In this document: positions 55,845 to 63,567 of the stretch, one piece after another
Layout: each line of letters opens with the position of its first letter
Numbering within the stretch: position 1 is the stretch's first letter
Source of the DNA: a virus
Length of the DNA: 64,000 bases
Direction: 5' to 3' (one strand)
IMG/VR virus record: IMGVR_UViG_3300009503_000030
Span: 6,542-70,541 of that record
The notes under the pieces: generated by a model
Told to the model about the DNA's origin: nothing
The model's input: the letters and a program-made list of their open reading frames with translations, nothing else
Databases searched by the model: none
Translations under genes and position numbers: made by a program

Positions 55845-56134
55845 GACACGTCGAGCGGGAGCCGCGATTGCGGATCGTCCTGCACAAGGACGAGCATGAC
55901 GGCGAGACATTCTACACGATCTCGCTGACCGCTCGTGGCTTCACGGGTGTCATACCGGATACATGGATCGAGCCACGGCAGAAGTTCGCAACTACTGACG
56001 CCGCACGGGTTTTCGCGGTCAACAGGCTTGCGGACCTGCGGCGCGATGTGGAGAATCTGATCGAGCGGGCCAGGAAGGCACTGGACGTGCTCGACAAGGC
56101 CCGCCAGGAGGTGCTCGATGGGAAGGACGTTTGA
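55841..56134 (+). CDS. hypothetical protein
   Basis: ATGA-coupled. Confidence 0.55.
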   Translation: MRHVEREPRLRIVLHKDEHDGETFYTISLTARGFTGVIPDTWIEPRQKFATTDAARVFAVNRLADLRRDVENLIERARKALDVLDKARQEVLDGKDV

Positions 56135-56591
56135 ACGGGCGGGTGCGTGGAACACGGTGCGCGGCCTCGAGTGGGCGGCGCTCGTCGTGGCGGCGCTGCT
56201 CGGGGTCGGAGAGGCGATCCTGGGACACGGGGCCGGACTCGTTCCTCCGGCGGTGATCGCGGCAGTAGCCGTCGCGGTCAAGGCGCTGCGCGCGGTGCTC
56301 GCGGTGACCGCCGACGTGCGGTCCTCGACGGTGTCCCCGGCGTCCTGGGCTGTCGCCGTGGTCCTCGCGCTCGTCGGGAGTCTCGCGGGCGAGGTGGCTG
56401 GACAGAAGCAGGAGGTGGTCCATGAAATCACCGTCATCGTGGGTCCGGATGTTGCTGGCGGTGCCGTTCGTGATGCTCTTGACGCCGCTGGTGATCCTGG
56501 TCCAGTGGATCATCTGGGCGGCGGGGACCCTGTAGAAAGATATCTCGACACCTTGGAAGGCGAGACATGCTCCGGCGGGTCCGGAGATTGA
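56118..56591 (+). CDS. Membrane protein (about 3 TM, holin candidate)
   Basis: Three hydrophobic segments; GGAGGT RBS. Confidence 0.6.
   Translation: MGRTFERAGAWNTVRGLEWAALVVAALLGVGEAILGHGAGLVPPAVIAAVAVAVKALRAVLAVTADVRSSTVSPASWAVAVVLALVGSLAGEVAGQKQEVVHEITVIVGPDVAGGAVRDALDAAGDPGPVDHLGGGDPVERYLDTLEGETCSGGSGD
56531..56566 (+). repeat. Solitary CRISPR repeat (variant type)
   Basis: TGTAGAAAGATATCTCGACACCTTGGAAGGCGAGAC. Confidence 0.8.
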
Positions 56592-56639
56592 CATTGGCGG
56601 GGGCCAATGGCGCGAGACACGGGGTGGCAACCGTGACCG

Positions 56640-56675
56640 CGCATGAGGGTATCTCTGGACCTTCAGACCAGAGAC
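56640..56675 (+). repeat. Solitary CRISPR repeat (major type) 23 nt before the lipoprotein start
   Basis: CGCATGAGGGTATCTCTGGACCTTCAGACCAGAGAC; TCTCTGG/CCAGAGA stem. Confidence 0.87.
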
Positions 56676-56698
56676 GATGCCGCCAGAGGAGGTACCAG

Positions 56699-56923
56699 AT
56701 GAGGCTGTTGATCGTGCTCGTGCTTTCGTGCGTCTTCTTGGCGTGCGGCACCATCACGCCGGCGATCAAGGAGGCCACGGACGTGATAGCCTGCCGGTAC
56801 GCGGCCTACGTCTCGCGAGACGAGGCGCTCAAGCCGGACGAGCAGGCGCTGCGGCGGGAAATGGCCGAGAACCTGCGGCATCAGGTCGGGCTGACCGGCG
56901 CCTGTCCCGACTACGGGAGGTGA
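56699..56923 (+). CDS. Small lipoprotein (spanin-like candidate)
   Basis: MRLLIVLVLSCVFLAC lipobox. Confidence 0.7.
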   Translation: MRLLIVLVLSCVFLACGTITPAIKEATDVIACRYAAYVSRDEALKPDEQALRREMAENLRHQVGLTGACPDYGR

Positions 56924-56926
56924 GCC

Positions 56927-57301
56927 ATGCCATTGGCCGTCCTGGACAAGGACGCGCTGAACGCCCTGCTCGTCGAGGCGCTCGGTGCTGCCCCTGAGGA
57001 CCCCGAGGTCATTCTTGGTGACACGCTGCGGCTCGTTGCGGTAGAGGACGTTCCGCGCATCCTGGAGATTTGGACGCGAGTCGCGCGGTACACGGCGGAA
57101 TGGCTCGCGCTCCTCGCTACCTCTGAGGACCAGTTGGCGATTTCCATCGCGCGCGGGAACGTGGTCACGGCGGTCGTCGTGATGCACCAGCGGACCGAGG
57201 AGGCCCTGCGCAAGCGCGGGGTTGAGGCGGCGCGGCGCGCGGCGATCTCGTTCGTCTCGGCGGCTGTCCGGTTCATCGCGCGCGCGGTGCTTGGGGCCTG
57301 A
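56927..57301 (+). CDS. hypothetical protein
   Basis: GGAGGT RBS. Confidence 0.65.
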   Translation: MPLAVLDKDALNALLVEALGAAPEDPEVILGDTLRLVAVEDVPRILEIWTRVARYTAEWLALLATSEDQLAISIARGNVVTAVVVMHQRTEEALRKRGVEAARRAAISFVSAAVRFIARAVLGA

Positions 57302-57702
57302 TGACGGAGGAGAAGATGCGGTACATCTTGAAGGGCACGTCAGGACGGTACAAAGCAGAGGCCGTTGTGGACCTGCCGTCGGTTGCTGTCTCGAAGAAGA
57401 TGCTGACGAAGCGTCTGCGAGACATACTGAAGGATGTCCCAGACGATGCGATCCAGGCCACGCAGGCGGAGACCGCCATGTTGACGCGGGGCCTCATCTA
57501 CGGCAACCTCGCGCGCCTCTACAGCCACGACGGCGACTCCTTGTTGGAGATCACGGACCATCTCCAAGAACAACCGTCGGAGATCAGGGTGCCTCGTCAC
57601 GGTTTCCTGCTCTACCTTGAGTATGGGGCGCATCCATACGCCGTCTTCTACTTCCACCCTGATGCGTTCGGATATGGCGCTGGGTTGGTCGAGGGAGAGT
57701 GA
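57301..57702 (+). CDS. hypothetical protein
   Basis: TGATG coupling. Confidence 0.6.
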   Translation: MTEEKMRYILKGTSGRYKAEAVVDLPSVAVSKKMLTKRLRDILKDVPDDAIQATQAETAMLTRGLIYGNLARLYSHDGDSLLEITDHLQEQPSEIRVPRHGFLLYLEYGAHPYAVFYFHPDAFGYGAGLVEGE

Positions 57703-59153
57703 ATGTCTCCATGGGGCGATCCGAACAGATCAGGATGCTACCCACGGAGCCACGCATTGTCCGTGACCCGCGATCCGGACGTGTGTTCATGCGTCTCTAC
57801 CACGTCGCGCCACCGCAGGCGGCGGCACTGGCTCCTCGTGCAAAGGTCGTTGTGGACCCACGGACAGGCCGGCTGACTGTCCAGCGGATTCCGTCAACAA
57901 CAGAACCGCCGCGTCCGGCACCAGCACCAGCGCCGGCACCAGCTCCGAAGCCTGCGCCGAAGCCTGCGCCGAAGCCTGCACCGAAGCCACAGCCTGAGCC
58001 ACGGCCAGCGCCAAAGCCTGCACCAGAACCTGCACCAGAACCAGAACCAGAACCGCGCCCTGAACCACAGCCCACGCCGCAGCCACCAGCAGAACCCACA
58101 ACAGGACCACGGGAGGTCCTGCGAGAAATCGCAGAAAAAGCAGTGTCCGTCATGGAGGCGATGGCCCAGACCGACGAGCGCGGACCAGGACGACATCACG
58201 ATATGCAGGAACGGCGAGAACGCCTGAGGCGTGTAGCGCAGGGACTAGAAATGCGCGGCAAACACGTCGAAGCGCAGACCACTCGTGATGTGGTTGCGGC
58301 CATGGGTATCGTCCTCCCAATGGAGGAGATGCCGAGTTTTCTGCGAGACGCAGAGGCGAAATTGCGCGCTGTTCTGACCCGCCTGAACGACCCCGATGAT
58401 GAGGCCACGCGACGCTTCCACACGGAAACAGCGGACCGGATTCGGATGCTGGCGGACGAATACGAAACAATCGTGCGGGAGTACCACGATACCGAGCGGA
58501 TGCTCTCCGCCATCCGCTGGACGAACCAGGTAGAGGTGTCCGTGAGATACAGCCATTTGCACGGTCTCGCTGCGGATATCCGTCGTGGGAGGCTACCCGC
58601 ACTCTGTGGTCTCATTGAAACTGCCTACAGACAGAAGTACCTCCTGACAATAACTTTGGCATCAGGGTTCGGTTCCGCGGACGGCTGTTATGTGGATGGC
58701 TTTTTCTCTGGGGCAGGCACGACGCCCAGTCCAGGCGAATACAATGTATTAGCAAACTCCCATTCCGTCCTCTGGCACGAACTCGGCCACGCATTGGAAG
58801 CGGCCCTCCCAGATAGGATGCTTGAGTACGTCTTGCGATGGAGGGGTAATCGTGGTGCCATGGCAAACTCTGATCTCGGGTCCTATTATGTTGGGGATTT
58901 CGCGAGTACCTACGTCGGAAAGGCTTACAAGGCGAGAGCAACATTTCCCTATGATGCTGATACACCCGAGAAGCGGAGTAGGGAACGTTCCGCGACCGAG
59001 GTCATATCCACCGCCCTCGAATGGGCCTTCGGCGAGAGGACCTGGGATGGTCTCGCAAACACCCAGATTCGCCTGGCACTCGCCGCAGTGCGCTACGCGG
59101 CGAGCCAAGTCATGACCGACGAAGAAGCCGCCGCCTACCAGGAATCTCGATGA
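57699..59153 (+). CDS. Zincin-like metallopeptidase with Pro-rich linker
   Basis: PAP/PKP/PEP repeat at about 57905-58100; HELGHALE and distal EVIS..LE. Confidence 0.75.
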   Translation: MNVSMGRSEQIRMLPTEPRIVRDPRSGRVFMRLYHVAPPQAAALAPRAKVVVDPRTGRLTVQRIPSTTEPPRPAPAPAPAPAPKPAPKPAPKPAPKPQPEPRPAPKPAPEPAPEPEPEPRPEPQPTPQPPAEPTTGPREVLREIAEKAVSVMEAMAQTDERGPGRHHDMQERRERLRRVAQGLEMRGKHVEAQTTRDVVAAMGIVLPMEEMPSFLRDAEAKLRAVLTRLNDPDDEATRRFHTETADRIRMLADEYETIVREYHDTERMLSAIRWTNQVEVSVRYSHLHGLAADIRRGRLPALCGLIETAYRQKYLLTITLASGFGSADGCYVDGFFSGAGTTPSPGEYNVLANSHSVLWHELGHALEAALPDRMLEYVLRWRGNRGAMANSDLGSYYVGDFASTYVGKAYKARATFPYDADTPEKRSRERSATEVISTALEWAFGERTWDGLANTQIRLALAAVRYAASQVMTDEEAAAYQESR

Positions 59154-59273
59154 CTGTCACAATCGTTCCCAAGCATGGCGTACCGTCAAAGCACCTTGTA
59201 AACGGTGCCTGAAAGCCCCATAATCCAGATGCAGACCGTCCACGCCAAAAGGCGTGGACTACAAGGAGGTGTC

Positions 59274-59576
59274 ATGGCTGAAAAACCCTACGCGCAAGCC
59301 GTCGTGGTCCTCGACGGGCAGGTGATCGCGGAGTTCACCTGGCCCACCATCAGCTCCGAACCAACGGTCACTGGACCGCTTGGACCGGTTCTCCGCAAGA
59401 TGGTGGACCAGCAGGCCGCCCTCTCCTACGCCCCCTTCGGGCACCGCACAATCGCAGGACTCACCGACCTCTTCTATCCCGTGATCCGCGACTCCAAGTT
59501 CGCGCGCCCACCAGAACTCCAATGGGTCATCCAACCATCGCCCCCTGAGGATTACGACCCCAACATGATCTACTGA
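59274..59576 (+). CDS. hypothetical protein
   Basis: AAGGAGGT RBS. Confidence 0.65.
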   Translation: MAEKPYAQAVVVLDGQVIAEFTWPTISSEPTVTGPLGPVLRKMVDQQAALSYAPFGHRTIAGLTDLFYPVIRDSKFARPPELQWVIQPSPPEDYDPNMIY

Positions 59577-59605
59577 GGCGCACGAGGAGCTGGCCGACTA
59601 CCTCT

Positions 59606-60277
59606 CTACGACGGGCTCTCCCCCCTGAGACCCCGTGGATTCCGCCGTGCCGCCTCCGCGGCGGCCCTCTGCACCACCTCCGGCTTTGGATACGGCAGCG
59701 TGACAAGCGTCCTGTCGGGCAGCGCCACATCCAGCCCATCCCCAGGGTCCGCAAAATCCACCCCCACGACCCGCGCCATCCCGCCAGCGTCTCGCGGTGG
59801 AACCATCATCTGGACCTTCTTCACCTTCCCATCAGACCCAAGGTCCGCGATCAACGTGCCTGGCGGCAACGCCGTCAGCGTGCCGTGATACCCCCTCCCA
59901 GCCAGCCTCTGCGGCTCCCGCCAGTTCAACCGCCCAGGGTAGAACACGACCCGCAGCGACCCGTCCTCTGCCTCCGCATGGACCGTGTAGGTGTCCCCGT
60001 CTAACGGCAGCCGCTTCCTACCCGTGAAGTAGTCACACGCCGCCCGCTCCTCCCGCGTCAACCGTGGTATCTCCGCGCGACTCGCGTACCCGACACCAGG
60101 CGCCCCAGCACGCACCCACACCCGCTTCTGGTACGGCGCCCCACGCGACGGATGCACCGTCTGAATCACTGGCACCAACCCAGGACGCCCAGCAATCACG
60201 CCACTGTCTCGACTTTCAAGGCGCCGAGATGTCCCTTTCATCCGGAGCGCGGACACGAAGTACAATGGCCTGCTCAT
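59606..60277 (-). CDS. hypothetical protein with GLVPV..WV motif, paralogue of 11064-11678
   Basis: GGAGGTG RBS; LPPGTL, LPD.T. Confidence 0.65.
   Translation of the reverse strand: MSRPLYFVSALRMKGTSRRLESRDSGVIAGRPGLVPVIQTVHPSRGAPYQKRVWVRAGAPGVGYASRAEIPRLTREERAACDYFTGRKRLPLDGDTYTVHAEAEDGSLRVVFYPGRLNWREPQRLAGRGYHGTLTALPPGTLIADLGSDGKVKKVQMMVPPRDAGGMARVVGVDFADPGDGLDVALPDRTLVTLPYPKPEVVQRAAAEAARRNPRGLRGESPS
60206..60241 (-). repeat. Solitary CRISPR repeat as codons 13-24 of the gene (sense)
   Basis: ATGAAAGGGACATCTCGGCGCCTTGAAAGTCGAGAC. Confidence 0.87.
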
Positions 60278-60292
60278 CAGCAGCACCTCCAC

Positions 60293-60321
60293 TTGACACG
60301 ATACCCCATCCCGAATACCCT
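60293..60321 (+). promoter_or_regulatory. sigma70-type promoter
   Basis: TTGACA-17-TACCCT. Confidence 0.6.
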
Positions 60322-60348
60322 CGTCAACGGACTCGGTGGGAGACCCCC

Positions 60349-60729
60349 ATGACCCAAAACTCCCGTCTCGCAGAACTTGCCAGCGCCATCTACGAAGCCA
60401 CGCGCCTCGAAGCCTCATGGTCACAACGCCCCATCGTCCCGCCGCCCTGGTCCGAGCGCGAACCCGACTTCCAACGGCAGTTCATTTCGATCATCGGCCA
60501 GTATCTCACGGCCCAACGCCTCCCAACCCCAGAAGAAGCCCACCAGTCGTGGGTCGAAGCGTACACCGCAATGGGATGGAAATACGGTCCAACCCGTGAC
60601 CCAGTAGCCAAGACCCACCCCGACATGCTCCCGTTCGCCGAACTCCCCAAAGACGAGCGAGACAAGGACGCCATCTTCCTCGCCTTCGTCTGGCTCGCCC
60701 GCCAGGTCCTCGCCTCCGTACTCCGCTGA
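60349..60729 (+). CDS. RyR-domain protein
   Basis: H.SW......GWKYGP.RD...KTHP..LPF.ELP..E..KD. Confidence 0.85.
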   Translation: MTQNSRLAELASAIYEATRLEASWSQRPIVPPPWSEREPDFQRQFISIIGQYLTAQRLPTPEEAHQSWVEAYTAMGWKYGPTRDPVAKTHPDMLPFAELPKDERDKDAIFLAFVWLARQVLASVLR

Positions 60730-60936
60730 TGTCAGAAAGTCCGCACCCTGCGCGTCCTCGCATCGGACCGGTAGGAGCGCCGGCCCGCCCCCGTTATCCC
60801 CCCGACAACCCCCAACCCAGGGCGCCACACGGCGCCCCCCGCCTATCGCGCACCGCGACCTGTCAGAAACCACGCGCCCCACACGTCCATCATGTGGAGA
60901 GGCCGGAATGGGCCGGCCCCCACAGGGAGGCGCACC

Positions 60937-61275
60937 GTGAAACTCGCCCACGTGGGGTTCCACCCGTTGAAGGAGAAAAGCAAAGCGGCTCTCGCCGCCA
61001 TCGGGATCACCGAGGTCATTGAGGTCAAGATGCCGGACCTCCCGACCTTCCACATGAGCAGTGAACAACTGGCGGACGCCGTCGCCGCCTTCGCGGCGAC
61101 CCTCCCGCCAGCGGACTGTGCCCTCATCGAGGGGGACTGCCTCATCGCGTTCCCCTTGATGCAGTGGCTCTATCTGAAAGGCATCACCATCGTCTGCCCC
61201 GTTCATACGGGGGACGAGGACGGCGGTGAAACCACGTTCGTCGCCCTTCCCTCTTGGCATGAGGTGACAACATGA
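60937..61275 (+). CDS. Divergent Csx20/Csx15-like Rossmann protein
   Basis: FHPL....AAL..IGI.EVI...ALIEGD...L..KGI.IV.P. Confidence 0.5.
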   Translation: MKLAHVGFHPLKEKSKAALAAIGITEVIEVKMPDLPTFHMSSEQLADAVAAFAATLPPADCALIEGDCLIAFPLMQWLYLKGITIVCPVHTGDEDGGETTFVALPSWHEVTT

Positions 61276-61985
61276 TGCTCGTCTTCATCGGGCCTGGACA
61301 CGTCAACCCGCTCACGAAGGCGGCCCTCGCCGCCGAACTCGACATCCACGAGATCGTCGAGTTGTCCCCGTCCACAGACATCACCGACCTGTCCCTGTTC
61401 TTGGCCGCCATCCCCAAGGCCGACTACGCTCTCGTGGACTGGCCGTCGCCCCTTGAACTCACGCTGATCATCGCCCTCCAACAGAAGGGCGTGAAGGTTC
61501 TCTGGTACAAGACCATCGGCCCAGGCAATCCGTACATCCAGGGCGTCAACATCAAGAACCCGTGCAGCGGCTTCTACGTCCTGCCCGACCTCATACAACT
61601 CACGGCGGATGGCACCGCCAACGGGCACGGCGCCGCGACCGCCTGCATCGTCTCCGACGGGAAGGTCCAGACCAAGACGAAGGCGGCGCTGGCCGCCGAA
61701 CTCGGGGCCGCGAAGGTCATCGTCATCCAGCCCCCGCAGATCGATCCGCATGACATCGCGGGTCCGACGGTCGCCTTCGTCCAATCCCTCCCGAAGACGG
61801 ATTACGTCTTCTTCGATTGGCACTCGCCCGCCGCGTTCCTCGCGGCTACCCTGCTCCAAGCCGCCGGCGTCAAGATCGTCCATCCGAAAATCTTTGGACA
61901 TGGTGACGACCCCCACGTGGGAAACGCCTACTGGGGCTTCATCACCCTTCCCAATGTCAACGGCATTCAAAAGGAGGTCCCATGA
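61272..61985 (+). CDS. Two-repeat protein related to 60937-61275
   Basis: Internal duplication TKAALAAEL...PK.DY..DW.SP...LQ..GVK. Confidence 0.65.
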   Translation: MMLVFIGPGHVNPLTKAALAAELDIHEIVELSPSTDITDLSLFLAAIPKADYALVDWPSPLELTLIIALQQKGVKVLWYKTIGPGNPYIQGVNIKNPCSGFYVLPDLIQLTADGTANGHGAATACIVSDGKVQTKTKAALAAELGAAKVIVIQPPQIDPHDIAGPTVAFVQSLPKTDYVFFDWHSPAAFLAATLLQAAGVKIVHPKIFGHGDDPHVGNAYWGFITLPNVNGIQKEVP

Positions 61986-62569
61986 ATACCTGCACCTTCA
62001 CCATTCCAAAGCCCCCGACCGCCCGCATCATGCGGTCCATCAAGGACCCCTGGCTCCGCCAGGAAGTCCGCAGGTACGCCGGAGACCCCTGGACCCGCCT
62101 GATCGGCGCCGGCGTCGCCCTCCGCTACTACTCCCCGCCACGCTCCCTCCACCGGCGCATCCTCGCCGGCTACAAGCCCGCGATCCATCGCGCCGTCGAG
62201 GCATGGGTCGCCGGCCTCAGCCCCGAGGAACTCCGCACCATCCACGACCTGTTTCACGCAATGGTCTTCGCCCTCCGCCTCGACCTCGCCGACCTCGAGG
62301 CCCAGTTCACCGTCGAACCTGAATGGCAGGCCCAATGGCTCTACGCCTGCCAGACCCGCGACGACCTCGAGGCCCTCCGCGAACTCCTCGCGACAGACGG
62401 GTCCTACGACTACGACTCCGACCTCCGCGACCTTGACGCCGACGCCTGGGCCTTCGCCCTCACCGTACCCCCCTTCTCCGACGATCTCCGGCTTTCCGCC
62501 GCCTCCACCTTCGACCCAAACGCCTGGTGGACCTTCCCACTCCGAGACCATGGCACCACCCTTCCGTGA
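61982..62569 (+). CDS. hypothetical protein
   Basis: AAAGGAGG RBS. Confidence 0.65.
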   Translation: MNTCTFTIPKPPTARIMRSIKDPWLRQEVRRYAGDPWTRLIGAGVALRYYSPPRSLHRRILAGYKPAIHRAVEAWVAGLSPEELRTIHDLFHAMVFALRLDLADLEAQFTVEPEWQAQWLYACQTRDDLEALRELLATDGSYDYDSDLRDLDADAWAFALTVPPFSDDLRLSAASTFDPNAWWTFPLRDHGTTLP

Positions 62570-62629
62570 TCTGTCATGGAACCACACCGTCAAACGTATC
62601 TGTTGATGGAAGGTTGAAAAGGAGCCCGT

Positions 62630-63286
62630 ATGGACGACAACATCCGCGACCTGATCCGACGCTTCTACGAACTGAAGCAGAAACACCATCTCGCACCCGT
62701 CACCCAACCGACCACGCAACCCGCCCAACCGACCGCCCCCGAACACCTCCTCTCCGACCTGCGGCGGTCCCTCGCCCCCTCCGTCACCGAGATCATCGAG
62801 GACTACATCCACCACTGGGCGGAGGACATCCCCCTGCCCCCCGACGAACACGGCAACCCCCGCGTGATTCCTGGCCGCCGATGGAACGGCCTCCGCCACC
62901 CGCGCTACTGGTACTGCTCGTGCGACGCCGACAACCTCTTCTGGCGCTGCGGCGCGGACGAAAGCACCCTCGACTCCTGCCGCCTCGTCTCCAACGCCCG
63001 CAATCCAGACGACGGCGAGGACGACGACGGCCTCGACCCCAACGACCCCCAAGCCCTCGACCGACGCGCCGCCAAACTCCTGCGCGGCGCCGGCCCGTCC
63101 GTCCGAACCGTCCTCGCCCACGAACTCCGGCGCCTCGGATACAACGGCCTCCGCAACCCGTCGCCCCGCTGGCAGGGCTGCTCCTGTACCCTTGACGCCC
63201 TCATGCCCTGCCTCGTCGGCGGCGGCGCCCCCTACGCCGTCCACTGCGTCGCCGCCATTGACGCCCACCGTCCCTCCGACGCCTAA
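62630..63286 (+). CDS. hypothetical Cys-rich protein
   Basis: Duplicated (W/Y)NGLR.P...C.C.D motif. Confidence 0.62.
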   Translation: MDDNIRDLIRRFYELKQKHHLAPVTQPTTQPAQPTAPEHLLSDLRRSLAPSVTEIIEDYIHHWAEDIPLPPDEHGNPRVIPGRRWNGLRHPRYWYCSCDADNLFWRCGADESTLDSCRLVSNARNPDDGEDDDGLDPNDPQALDRRAAKLLRGAGPSVRTVLAHELRRLGYNGLRNPSPRWQGCSCTLDALMPCLVGGGAPYAVHCVAAIDAHRPSDA

Positions 63287-63306
63287 CCCTCCATCGAACA
63301 TCCCCC

Positions 63307-63335
63307 TTGACTCGCCCCCATACCCTCGCTATCGT
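63307..63335 (+). promoter_or_regulatory. sigma70-type promoter
   Basis: TTGACT-17-TATCGT. Confidence 0.6.
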
Positions 63336-63516
63336 CTCCACAACGGGTCGGGTGCCGGCTTGGCCAGCCGCCAACCTGATCCAGGGAGCAGAGGCTCCCT
63401 CGTGGCAGGTAGGCCCCCCACCGAGGCGCAAGCCTCGACCCCCACAGCCTGCCACCTGGGCGCCAAAGGCCCGGCCCGCCACTCTCATGTGGGGGTCTGC
63501 GGCCATGCCGCGCCTC

Positions 63517-63550
63517 GTGGAAAGGGCATCTCGACCTTCGCGGTCGAGAC
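63517..63550 (+). repeat. Solitary CRISPR repeat (34 bp) directly before the RBS of the replication gene
   Basis: GTGGAAAGGGCATCTCGACCTTCGCGGTCGAGAC then GAAGAAAGGAGAAAGCC-ATG. Confidence 0.9.
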
Positions 63551-63567
63551 GAAGAAAGGAGAAAGCC

